From contig RSEE01000102.1 in assembly GCA_003971905.1 (NCBI GenBank), positions 186,001 through 222,574 of the forward strand: a stretch of DNA of 36,574 nt, in the 5' to 3' direction. This document shows positions 1 through 11,767 of the stretch, one piece after another. The notes beneath the pieces were generated by a model. It did not search any database. It saw only the letters and a program-made list of their open reading frames with translations, and was not told the origin of the DNA. The number at the start of each line of letters is the position of its first letter. Position 1 is the first letter of the stretch. A program made the position numbers and the translations under genes. The stretch is from Moniliella sp. 'wahieum' (taxonomy: Eukaryota).

Positions 1-1577
1 GATAGGTCCGGCCGGGCCTGGATCAGATTCACCACCTGCGCCCAAAATACCTCGAACAACGGCACGTTCACCGGTACCCCGCGGAACTTTTCCACATTCT
101 CGTCCAGCTCATCCAGCTCCTCAATCGCAGGTGCCGGTGCTGGCGTTGGTGGTACAGGTCCACCGCCCCGATGGCAGCCCGGACCGCATCTCCTGTCCTC
201 CCGCCGAGACGGTCGACCCCGATCGCGGACGAGGCGTCTGTCCATTCGCGTTCCCATCCCCTTCCCAGCCACTTGCGTTGTCGGGATGAGAGGGCGGCTG
301 GGCCGAGGATGGGCTTGCAGCGGCGACGGCGGCGGCAGCACCAGATTGTTCAAACAGGCTCTCCGCGTCCCCTGCCTCTTGCTTGGCATGAGCAGCGAAG
401 CGGGGTTGGGTCGAGCTCGAGCCATCGGGCACAGCAGTGCCCTTGGTGGCGAAAGCGGCCCCAGGAGATCCTGGCATAGCTCCAGCTTGGCGGGCCGCAA
501 GGCGCAATTGACGTGTCTTTTCGGCCAAGCGCTGGGTTGCCAGCTGTTCCTGCCTTCGGATCTCGTCTGCATTGTCGTTCTCCGCTTCGCGCTGGGCGTA
601 GGCAGCGATGCGGTTGATCAGTGCAATCACAATTCCTTTGATGTTGACCTTGGGATGGAGCTTGGAACAGGCCTGGAGGAAAGGACTGAGGGTGCGGATG
701 TGAAAGTCGTCGGGGAAGACTTGGATCACCACCTCCATCAGGTACTCTTGCGCAATCACATCTTTGCAGTTGACCACCTGCTCCAGAATGGCAGGCAGGA
801 TGACTTGGCGGTACAGCGGGAGCCCCACGCCTTCCAGCTCGGACAGACGCACAAGGTTGGTCCCGATGAGGATGCGCAGTTCGCGGCGCTCCGACTCGCG
901 GCGCTCCCGTTCGCGCGACGGGCCCTGGTGCTGCAACCGCACCCAGAGCTTGTTCATCTCAATAAAGTTGGTCAGCACAAACCCGATCGAGTCCTGCAGG
1001 CTGCCCTCGGGCCGAGACTGGTGCCGGTGGGCAAGTGGTCGCGGTCACGCCGGACAGGTAGTTGCGCAAGAACAGGCCCCGGGTCGGGTGCTGCACGCCC
1101 CGCTCATCTCCATCATGTCGCGCATGATCTCCTGCACGGGCGCATCGGGAATCGACATGTACACGCCGCCCACTGTGATCATGAGGTAGAGGCGCGGGAC
1201 GATGCTGCCGCAGTACTGCACCAGCTCGTACAGCTCGGCCAGGTGGTGGCGGCCATCGAGGTGGGCGTCGCGGAGGTAGGCGAGGCGAGGTGGCGCAGCG
1301 CATCAAACACAGGCACATCTGCAGGCACGCGCACGCGCACGCGCACAGACAGACAGGTCAGCACCGCGCAGCAGCCACTGCGGTGGACGGCAGGGGACAT
1401 ACACAGGTCGTAGTACGCCTTGGGCGACAGGGCCGAGGTGCGCAGCTCGGCGAGCATGGTGCTGGCGGCCTTGAGTGCGTCCATGAGCTGGTCGGCGTCG
1501 AGGCAGTGCACCATCTGGGCCAGCTGGATGCGGATGGAGTGGGTGGCCTCGGCGATGACCTTGGCGGCATCGTCCAT
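1..1577 (-). CDS. VPS35: Retromer subunit Vps35, 5' part (runs off window start); intron 1319-1402; apparent indel frameshifts
   Basis: Translation [11 protein letters not shown]...[105 protein letters not shown] are hallmark Vps35 segments; intron GTATGT...GCTGAC...CAG on minus strand. Confidence 0.95.
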
Positions 1578-1779
1578 GGCGGCGGCGGCGGATGGGGGGG
1601 GTGGGGGGAGGCGGCGGTGATCGATGGGATGGGTTGCGTCGGGCGGGTTATCTTGATGTACGCGCTTCACATGGGGCCTGCTAGGGTTGCCCCTCTCTCG
1701 ACCAGTGCGCCGTCGGCCTCATGACGTCGGCGCCCCATCGACCATCCATCCATCCCATCTCGTCGCCACCGCCACCGCC

Positions 1780-4655
1780 ATGAGCGACGCGTCCGCTGCG
1801 CTGCAGCAGCTCCTCGCCATCGTCGACGCCCAGGACGCCGCCTCGGTTGCGCGCGCATCCCACATCCTCGCCGCCCACAACAACAACCTCCCGGCCGCCA
1901 TCGAGGCCTGGTTTGCCCCGGCGGCGGAGCCCGATGTGCCCCTCGCGCGCCCGCCTGCGCCCCAACCGGCGCCTCAGCCCGCGCCCCAACCTGAGCAACC
2001 GCAACACCAACCCCAACCGCAACCCCCTCCCCCTCCCGCCGCGCTCTCCGCCCCCGCCCCTTCTCCCACCGACACGGTCTCGGCGCCCGAGACGGCAGGC
2101 GCCCTGCTTCCGCTCCAACCGGCTCCGGCGACGACAAGCCCGGCCCCGGCAGTCTGCGTCGCTCGGCACGCCTCAGCCAGCCTCCTGGCCCGCAGCCAGG
2201 CCCCATCCCGGCCTCTTCGGCGCCCACACCCGCACCCGCACCCGCACCCGCACCCTCGCCTGCTCCTGCGCCTGCGCTCCTCCCCCGCCCCCTGCGCCGC
2301 ACCGGCCCGAGATTATTGATCTGTCCGGCCCCGACCCCCCTCCGCCTATGCTGCGGCCAACGGCGGCGTCGACGACGACGACGCCTTGGCCCAGGCCCTC
2401 GCCGCCAGCCTTGCCGATGCCGAGGGCACCGCCCCCTCTCCGCTCCTCCGCCCCCCTCGGAGACCGAGCCTTCCGCCTCCTCGCCCTACTCCCGGCCGCC
2501 GCCGCTGCCTGTCCGGCCCGAGCGGCCGCTGCGGCCAGAAGTCTCCTCGGTCGTCTGGCGCGACCCTGCCCACCCACCGGCCCTGGTCGCATCCCATTCG
2601 TTTTTCCAGCCACTGGCAGCGCTGCTGCAGGCGCTGTACGCCGTGCCTTCCGTACGCCATCTCGTCCTCTCCATGCACCTCCCTCCCCTCCCATCCCTGT
2701 GGCAAACACCGAGGAGCTGGTGATCGATGTGCATGATATGTGGCGGGGCAAGCGCCCTGTTTGGTCCGCCCGACCGCGCTCTGGACGGGACACTGCTATG
2801 CCTGATCTTCTGGTCCGGAAACAGATGCCGAGCCCGACCTGATACAGGACGATCCGCAACAACTTTCGCAACCGGTGGAAGCCTACATCACCGCCGAGGT
2901 TGCCAGGACCATCTCTGCGCCCGAGCTTGCTCTGCTGCGCAACACCCAAGTCCTTTTCGCCTACCTTTTCTCCACCCAACGGGCGTGGGTCCAAGTTCCC
3001 GATTCGTTGTTGGGACTGACAGAGGGGGACGTGGCGAGTCCTTGGAGTCGGCGGTGGGACCCCGTAGGTCAATCGGTCTGGAGCCTCTATGGCCGTTTGT
3101 CCCGCGCATTGGACAAGTACGCGGAACTGGTGCAACGTGTCACAACCGATGCATCTACCGTCCCTCTACCCCCACCGGGGCAGGAAATTCAAATTCGGCG
3201 GCTGGAGCAGAACACCAACACCAACCTCTTTGCTCTCTCCACCCGCCCGGCCGATGGGGAGGTAGACGACGCATCGGTTCTGGCAGTCGGTGTTACGGGT
3301 ATCTCTGTCCCTCCTGTGTCGAACGAGATGGGGGAGGCAGCCAAGACGTGGCCGAGTGGGCAACCCAACGGCCCATCTCCTATGCCCTGTACCAGTTCCT
3401 CCAGCGCAGCGCTCGACGCCTCGTCACGCCCCGCGCGTTCTTGCCCTGTTTTCAGCCAGCAATGGGGTGGCAGGCATGGGTGCCAGTGGAGGCGGCGCCA
3501 CGGCACGGCTGATCCCTTCGTTCGGATTGGCTTTGTTTGACGACCCGCAAGAGAGGAACATAAGGCGATCGAATCGGATCTTCTGCCGCTCAGCGATGCG
3601 CCTGTCCCCCTGCCAGACCTGAGCGCTACTCCCGCCTCGTTTGTCTCGGAACCAGTACTGAACATTGGACCTCTTGCCCACCTCCCCTCGCCAGCCAGCC
3701 GCGAGGAGCGAGAGAAGCACATGACCCAACTCGTCTCCCAGCTGGGAAACCTGCGCAAGTGGAAGACGGAAGATCCCAAGATCTTGCTTGACCAAACCAT
3801 CGCCTACTTTGAGCGCATTGCCGCTCCAGTCGGATCGGGCGCAGCTACCGTCGCGGCCGCCGCAGCTGGCACTCACACGTTGCCACCTGCTAGCCAAGTG
3901 GCCCGGGCAGAAGCCGCACAACAAACGCTCCTCCACGTCCGAACCGCCCGCGCTGGGTTCTTGAACGCGGTCGAGAAGCGACAGGCAGCGCTCGCGCGCG
4001 CCAAACAAGCTAGCGCTCACGAGGCCATCGAAGCAGCAAAGCAAGTGGCCCTAGACACGGTGGAGTGGCCTAGGTACCGTCTTGCCGCCCTGGTCGTACC
4101 GCGCGGGCCGGGTTTGTTCCCGCCCTCGGCATCGGCTGTCGTCCGCTTGCCCCCCTCGCCACCCACCTTGCCCAGCAGGGGGGAGTGGGCACACATCCGC
4201 CCCGCACTGGACCAAGTGGAGCAAGAAACGGATACGGCTGGCATCTCGGTGCTGTCGGATAACCAAGTGCCCGAGGCGGGCACAGCGGCCGTGCTGGCAC
4301 TATACGAGATGGAAATGCCACCACCGCAGGGAAGTTCGGAGGCTGCGACGAACGCTGCCGACACGGACGAGGGCTGGTACTGCGACGGCGACGGCGACTC
4401 GGACGCCGCCTCTGGTCGCGGCTGTCGAACGGGCGACGGTGGCAGACAAGACCATGCGGGGATCATTGGCGCTGGCGGCGCAGCTGGGGCCATTGCCCGA
4501 GGAGGATGCGGCAACTGCAGCGGCGGCCGCGGCGGCCGCGGCAGCCGTAGCCGCCGCCAACAGATGGGCCCGCCGACTACCCGCCACCCGAGGGCGAGCC
4601 CCCCGACGATATCGAGATGCGCGATGCGTCGCAGCCGTATAGCAGCTACAGCTAG
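1780..4655 (+). CDS. UBA-like + SIM + UIM protein with a degenerate (probably inactive) USP/peptidase C19-like domain; Rup1/Ucp6- or USP25/28-like; several frameshifts
   Basis: N-terminal UBA-like helix bundle (ASHILAAHNNNLPAAIEAWF), EIIDLSG (2309), DDDDALAQALAASL (2371-2412), Cys-box-like RDPAHPPALVASHSFFQPLAALLQALYAVPSVRHLVL, His-box-like PRYRLAALVV...VLALYE; pieces lie in several frames; stop at 4653-4655 inferred. Confidence 0.6.
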
Positions 4656-5601
4656 TCGAACGCGTCTTTGGGGGGCGCCATTGCATATTGGAGCGCCTAT
4701 TGAATGCGAGGGATATGGCAGAGGGAAGGGGGCGATTGTGGCCGCTTCGGATGGGATGTGCGATGGCCTCCTCGGATAGTTCTGTGTGGGGGCGGGCTGT
4801 ATAGCGGGCTGTAGTATTCTAGAGAAACGGCGGGAATGACGACCAGGCCGTGGGGGGGGAAAGCATCGTTCATCCCAGGCTGGCCCCAGCGGTCTACGGC
4901 TGCGACCGACTGCGGCTGGGAGGGACTGGCTTCGACTTGACTGTGCTGCTCCTCTGGTGGCCTCACCCAGAGCCCACAGCGACCGACCGCATGCGCTCTG
5001 ATCTGTGGCCATTAACCATTCCTCTTGTGCTGCTTCCGACTGCCAGAAAAGCCAGCCACCGACGAGTCACTAGTCAGGTCCTCCGCCCCATCTCTGCCCG
5101 CTCTGCCGCAATCAACAAAAAATCCCACACTGGCGCGGCGGGGCAAAGCGTATTTCGCCCAAGTCAATACCCACAGCATCCCTTTTGTGCGGCCATCAGT
5201 AGAATCACACTCATGCCAGGAGCTGTCGCATGCCACATGGATTGGCGACTAGGCGGGCGCAAGGTTCACGTTTAACTGCGGCGCGGCGTAGGGATCCCTG
5301 GCCGCTCAGCTGAGCCTCAGCACTGTGGACTCAGTTCTGCCCCGCCTCCGTCTTCCTCGACCGCCCGGGTGTCCGGTGGATTGCCAGGCGTGGCCCCGCT
5401 CCTTTCACTTGTCGCGTTTTCACCGCGTGGCATCGGAGTGACTAGTGACGACCAAGAGCGTGGTACGTTTATGGTGTGCTTCTGCGCAGCACCACCTGCT
5501 TCATTACACCCACCTCTGTCTTTACGCCATAACACGTCCCGCCCCCCCCCCCCCCCCCCCCACTCAATCGCTTTCCCGCCTCTTTTTTCCTCCCAGACAC
5601 C

Positions 5602-6949
5602 ATGCCCTCTTCCCCAGCCCCGATTCCCAGTCGCGCCGTCGCCCGCGTCTTCCAGCAAGACAAGCTTCTACGTGGCCCCACTCTCCGCCCCACCAACGCG
5701 CAACCTGGCCACCTCGGCCCTGGAGGCGGCACCCAAGGGCGCTCAATCCCCCTCTCATATTCCTTCCCCAGTCGCACAGGACGGGCCCCATCCGTTGACC
5801 TAGACCACCCCCCTGTGCAGCACCACGTGGCCATCATGGCTCAGGCAACTGGGGCACAGCCATTGCCAGTGTTGTAGGCGACAATGTGCGACGGTACGAG
5901 GTGGACTTTTCCCCCGTCGTACCCATGTACGTCTTTGAAGAAGAGGTACGCTACCATCTCGCTTCTCCATTCCTTCCGCTGTTTTGTTCTGCCCTTCGAG
6001 GGATACTGTGTTTTCTAACGGTACCTTGTATATATCATCAACAAAACAGTTCCATGGCCGTCCCTGACGGAACTCATCAACGAGTTGCACGAAAATATCA
6101 AATACCTCCTGGGACCAAACTTTCCCCAGGCATCGTCGCTACTCCCAATGTAGTCGACGCAGCGCGAGATGCCGACTTGCTCATCTTTGTTCTGCCCCAC
6201 CAATTTACCCGGGCAATCTGCAGCACATTGAAGGGCACGCTCAAGCCAGGTGCGCGTGCCATCTCGCTCAAAGGGCCTCGACGTTTCGGAGGATGCCCAA
6301 TTCGCGTGTTTCCCCAAGTGATCGAGGACATGCTGGGCATCCCCTGTTGCTCCTTGAGCGGGGCCAACATTGCCAACGAAGTGGCAGCAGGCAAATTCTC
6401 CGAAACGACAATTGGGTGCCAGCCGGGCGAATTGGAGACGACTGCGCGGCTGTTTCAAAAACTGTTTCACTGCGCTCACTTTCGCACCCAACTGATTGAC
6501 GACGTGATTGGTGTCAGCCTCGGGGGCGCACTGAAGAACGTGGTAGCCATCGCGGCGGGATTGGGATGGCCTCGAATGGGGAAGCAACAGTAAGGCGGCT
6601 GTGATGCGGATTGGCTTGTTGGAGATGAAGCAGTTTGCCCATGAGTTTTTCCCTGGGGTACGGGCGGAAACGTTTTTGGAATCGTCGGCAGGCGTGGCGG
6701 ATTGATCACCACGTGCTATGCTGGACGCAATAGGCTGTGTGCCGAGGCGTTTATTCGGTCGGGCAAAAGCTTTGACGTGTTGGAGAAGGAGTTGCTCATG
6801 GCCAAAAGTTACAGGGCGTTCAGACCGCTCTTGAAGTTCACCATTTCCTTCGGCTTCGCAAGCGCGTGGAAGCCTTTCCGCTTTTTACCGAGATCTACGA
6901 AATCGCGTTCAATGGTCGTCCAGCTTGGCTCTTGACAGAGAACCTGTAA
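5602..6949 (+). CDS. GPD1: NAD-dependent glycerol-3-phosphate dehydrogenase; intron 5946-6049; start uncertain; frameshifts
   Basis: (G)SGNWGTAIA Rossmann motif near 5838, [48 protein letters not shown]-terminus ...[11 protein letters not shown] ends at 6949. Confidence 0.93.
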
Positions 6950-7668
6950 CGGATGCCAATAAGGCTGTTGGGCGGAGAGGAGAGGAAGACCCAGTTGAAA
7001 TCCAAAAAGTGTGTGATCACAAGAGCACCGTATCCTCTCCCTCTCCCATTGGTATTGCCTCCCCTCTGGTTGTACCTTTCATCCACACATTTTGCACTTT
7101 TTGTCCCCGCCAAAAGACTGCGGGGGTAGTACCGCGTTTGTTTCTTCTGTGCGGGCTTGTCTTCTTTTGGTTCCAAGTTCTTCTTTCTGTTTTCACGAGC
7201 CTGTCATTTCTCCCTCCCACGACTGCTTAAAGACACCATTATTCTGTGGTTTCTGGTGCGCTGGAGAGTTACCGCCCGTCCTCACATCACGACAGAACGG
7301 GGTTGGAAGAGCAGACTTATTAGCCTGCCTCCTACACGCCTCCCCTCCGTTTCTCTCTGTAACGCACTGTCACGTTGTTTCTCTCACCACCGACGCAACA
7401 ACTGTGCGTTTTGACTGCATATATATAGGTGGCAGGTTCGATCACGGCTGATGCTCTCTGCTGCACCTTTTTCCAACACCTGCTTGGACGGGCGGTTGGG
7501 GGCTGGGGGTTGGGGAGGCATTCATTTGAGATGTGAAGAGCAATTTGGCTTAGCGGCCTTTGTACCGCCAACACAAGCTCTATTATATTTGGCAGTCAGA
7601 ACGGAGGAGTTTCACCAACCACAAGCTCTCGACGTAGGAGATAAGTCATAACTAAAACCACAACAACC

Positions 7669-7740
7669 GGGCGGATAGCTCAGGGGTAGAGCGCTTGCTA
7701 GCATTGCATGAGGTCCGGGGTTCAAATTCCTGTTCGTCCA
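7669..7740 (+). tRNA. tRNA-Ala-like gene (probably AGC) with an abnormal anticodon loop
   Basis: 72-nt cloverleaf GGGCGGA/TTCGTCC+A with G3:U70 and A73, D arm GCTC/GAGC, T loop TTCAAAT, followed by a T-run Pol III terminator; loop reads TAGCATT rather than canonical TTAGCAT. Confidence 0.8.
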
Positions 7741-9474
7741 AGGTTTTTTTTGTTTTGTGGTTGTCAATGCGGGAAAGGCAACGCGCAAGGTTATTGTTTT
7801 CCTCGTGGAGAACTGATCGCTTGCCAGTGACGCGAAGCCGATCGCTAGTTGACGAAAACGTGACGACGTTGACGGGAGGAGTTGCGCTTGCCGGCTACGC
7901 GCAGCCCCCGCGACCTGCCCGCTTCAGTTCTGCATCAGTCTTTCTTTCAAGTAAGCTCCCCTGCTGATTCTGACGCCTCTCTCCTTTCCTTTTTCGTCGT
8001 GTTGGAAGAGTTGGTGGCTTAGCGCTTACCACGTTTGTGCTTCTCAACTGGCCCGAATCTCTGAATTAAGGTTCCGAGTTTGAGTTTGAGTTCGCCAGCC
8101 GACCGTAGGATCCCAAAGTGCTCCCCGAGTCGCATCACTAGCACCCTAGCAAGCGAAGTGACAAGCTAGGGAATGTCTGCCCCTTTTGGGGCCAGCTCAA
8201 AATGTTCTTTTTTTTGCGCAGAGCGGATGAGTTCTGCCCCGATCCAGATCGGGCCGACCCACAGGAAATCGTCCGCGCCAGCCCGCACTTACCCGCACTT
8301 GCCCGAAATGGATTGGCACTGGGACTACCGCTTGTGAAGCTAGTGACTAGTGACATGTGACATGTGACAAGTGAACCTGGTCTGTGTACTCGTCGGGATG
8401 AAATAAATGTCCAGGGCCACACTTTTAAAGTGGTTCGACGGCATGCCAGGCCTGTGCCATGTGACACAAGTCGACGCATTTGATGCGATGGGCGCGAGTC
8501 CTTGTTACTAGTTACTGGAAGCAGGAACAGGCATTGGTGAAGGCAGCTTCTCCAACAGCAGACAGGGCCTGCCAGGGCGGGGTACGGAAGGGTACGAACA
8601 CGAACGTGAACACGCCCCACGACGTGGAACGCCCATTGAGTACGAGAGTATGACACACCCACGTCTCCATCCGCCCGTGTCGGGGCAATGGGTGTGGGCT
8701 TAGAGCGATGATCGACGGGATGGATGCCAGAGCGCAGGGCTGGGCGGGCGGCTGCCCTGGGCTGGCGCAGGCTGGCGCCGTGCCCCGTGCCTGCGCAGCC
8801 ACCGAATTGCTGCAACAGGCAGGGGGTGCTGCGATGCGGGGGCACTGGCTGGCCCAGCGAGGAACAGTGCCCCGCGCCCCACATTGGGCACCAAACGTCC
8901 AAACGCACAGGAAGCTTAACGCGCAAGCGGCAGAATCGCGCCACGCTCCACGCCGCTCCCCGATCGACGCGATGCATATGCATGATGCAGGAGTGCATCA
9001 GCCGGCTGGCATGCCCGGCACAGCGGCAGTGTCCCGCGCCAAGAGCGGGTGTGATAGTGGTGTCACGCATGGCGCAGGCAGCAGGGGACTCTCTGTGAGT
9101 TGTGAGTGCGTCACGCGTCACGCAGCACACGACACAGCGCTGGCGCGGGCATGTTGAATCGCTGCGTTTCTTTCCTGTTGGGCGAGAGCAGCGTGTTGGC
9201 TTGTTTGCTCCCCGGTCGTCGAGCGCCGGGCTTCAGCCGCTGCCTCTATCATCTACTGGGTCCACCAGCTGTTCCCTCCCCACCTCCACCTCCACCTCCT
9301 CCACCTTCGCCTCCTCACTCGTCGTCCCCCCACGCGTCGTGCTGGCCACTGCGTACACTGGCCCGCGTCTGCTGCACGTACTTGATCCCACCCACTGCAA
9401 CTGCTGCACCCTGTCGCTGGCCGACGCACCCCAACGCCCCCACACCCACACACCCACCCCACCCCACCACCGCC

Positions 9475-10624
9475 ATGTCGCTACCGCTGCCGCCATGGGC
9501 TTCACCGCGTCCCAACTGCGGCGCCACCCCGCCAGCTTGCTCCCACGCATCGTGCACAACACGTCCCTCATGGACCTCATCAAGTGCCCCGTGTCCAAGG
9601 ACATGGTTGTCTACCTCGCCATCACCCCATCATGTCGCACATGTCATCCCTTGTGCCGAGGTGGGACTCTGTCCTTCCTCCTTCCCTCGCCCTGCCCGGC
9701 GCCAACCCACTCGATGTGGCCCACGCCGACCCTGCGGTGCGTGCTGAGGTGGCTGGCCTTCCCAGTCTCGAGCTCTTCATCACCCGCCTCGTGGAACGGT
9801 CCAACGTCCAGGTCCCTACCCTGCTGTGCACCATCATCTACCTTGTCCGCCTCAAATCTCGCCTGCCTGGCGTCGCCAAGGGCATGCCCTGCACCCGCCA
9901 TCGCCTTTCCTTGCGGCCTTGATCCTAGCAGCCAAGTACCTCAACGACTCGTCCCCCAAAAACAAGCACTGGTGTCGGTATGCCGACCTTTTCTCACTCG
10001 CCGAGGTGAGCCTGATGGAGAAGCAGCTGCTGTACATTTTGGATTACGATCTGCGTATCGAAGAGTCTGAGCTGCTGTACCACTTTGCACCCTTTTTTCC
10101 GCCATTTCGAACTCCCTGTCGATACGGGTCGGCGGGAGATGTACTTGCGCGGGGTGGATGCCGGGCGCGAAATGCACCGGTACGCGCGGCTTCAGAACGA
10201 CGCGTGTACCTTCGTTCCTTACCCGCTGACGAGGTACCGTGCGAAGGAGAATGTCCCCCCAGCTTGCCTTCTTCAGCGAGTACCAGTGCCGCACGACACC
10301 CTGGCGCCTCTATGGCCCGCGGCAATCTTCCGGCAGCAATCAAACAACTGCCTCTTCCCCTGACTTGGTTTGATGACCATGCCAGTTCGTCCGGGGCATC
10401 GTCCATGTCGTCTCCCGCGGACGAAGCACTCGTGTCCCTAGCTCACACCAAGGCAAGCCGGCCCTTACCCCCTTGCTTCCTCGGCCGCCCCGCTGGCGTC
10501 CAAACCAGATGCCCCATCCCTACCCTCGGACGAGTATACTTGCCCTCCCTTACTGCCAATGCGCTTGCCCACACCGACCCTTCCACATGCAAAGACGACG
10601 GCCTACCATGGCTACCGTCCATAA
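9475..10624 (+). CDS. PCL1: Pho85-type cyclin, Pcl1/Pcl2 family; start (9475 or 9495) and end uncertain; frameshifts
   Basis: [47 protein letters not shown] / [22 protein letters not shown] / [21 protein letters not shown] is the Pcl1/2 cyclin box. Confidence 0.88.
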
Positions 10625-11006
10625 TCTTTCCTCAATGCCCTGCCTGCTTTCTCGTGTCTTCATTTCTATCTGGTTTGCTCTATACTCGCTCCCCCGTCAC
10701 TCTCCCTCGCCCGGCTTGTCTCCATCAATGTCTGATTATTCTCTTGCATTTCTCTGCGGTGCCTGCGCTGCTTGGTGTTGGCTGGGCGCTTGCCCATATA
10801 TTATCTTGGTCATCGGTAATTGGAGGATGGAACAATAGCATTGGCAGGAATCGGCAGCTGGCTTCCTCATCGTCCGGGTTGTGGATCGGGCAGGTGTTCG
10901 TTCCTGCTTGTTGCGGCATCGGTCTTCTGTGGCAACGCTGCTCTGGATCCAACAAAACCAAGCAAGGGAAATCCGAAAAAAAAAAAATTGGACGCCATAG
11001 TCGGCT

Positions 11007-11086
11007 CGAACGAGCAGGGGTCGAACCTGCAACCTCCTGATTACAACCAGTCGTAGTCAGACGCGCTACCATTGCGCCAGCCGTCC
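11007..11086 (-). tRNA. tRNA-Arg(ACG) with a 9-nt intron (11042-11050)
   Basis: Minus strand GGACGGC TG GCGC AATGGTA GCGC G TCTGA CT-ACG-A [CTGGTTGTA] A TCAGG AGGTT GCAGG TTCGACC CCTGC TCGTTCG; downstream T-run terminator (A-run 10976-10987 on plus); 3' acceptor strand is one base short. Confidence 0.88.
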
Positions 11087-11767
11087 AATGTCGGAGACGG
11101 GAACTTTCCAACTCCTTTGCACATCCTGGGGTACTAAGCCCCTGCAACAGAGCTTCACGTGCTGATGGGCAGTGTGCTAGTGTGGGCCGATGTCAGAGCG
11201 GCCAGCGTCAGACACGGTCCTGGGGGCCAGTGTCACATCATCCAGCCCAAACGCAGCCGCGTCGATCAGCTGCGGCGCCTCCTCTTGCGTCTGCTGCCAG
11301 GCCCTGCGTCGCCAAATCGGGCCAGGAAATGGGGGGAGGCCGCAAGAGATCGGGGGGCGCGCGGCGACACCCGCAAAAAGGCCTGATGTTGACCAACTAG
11401 CAACTGGCCAGCACCGCCAGCGAAGAGGCGCAGAGGTGCTGCTCAACTATGGCGACTCGGTCGGTAGTACTCAATTCATGACCGCTATGGCCCGGTCGGC
11501 TCTGCAGCAACTATTTTTGGCCCAGGATACTCAGACAGATCAATCGGCTGTCTTTTGGCCTTGCCGCCCCCGGCCACTGTGGCGTCCATCAACGCGCGTT
11601 TTGTCCTGCTCTGTCTCACTGTGCAACACTAAGTACTAACCACCACTGTGCCTGCCTTGCCCACAGACTCCAACTTGGCTCTGACATCTGACACCCTTGC
11701 GACCGGGGGTTTCAGCTGCTCGCGCACAGTATTTTGGGCAGTCGCATAAAAATACTCCCTCTCGCTG

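Noticed and set aside
286..1413. Long antisense or alternative-frame ORFs (e.g. 286-1413, 4017-5012, 8138-9130, 24358-25323, 25738-26937, 28958-29857)
   Set aside because: Shadow ORFs expected in high-GC DNA, mostly opposite real genes, with no recognisable motifs
2228..2255. (CGCACC)n, (CCG)n, (GAG)n and (CAACGC)n short repeats, also checked as a possible CRISPR-like array
   Set aside because: Coding low-complexity tracts inside genes, with no repeat-spacer structure; eukaryotic context
5012..5255. Minus-strand GATTTTTTG Sm-like site suggesting an snRNA or snoRNA
   Set aside because: No U1, U2, U4 or U5 signature and no clear C/D box pair
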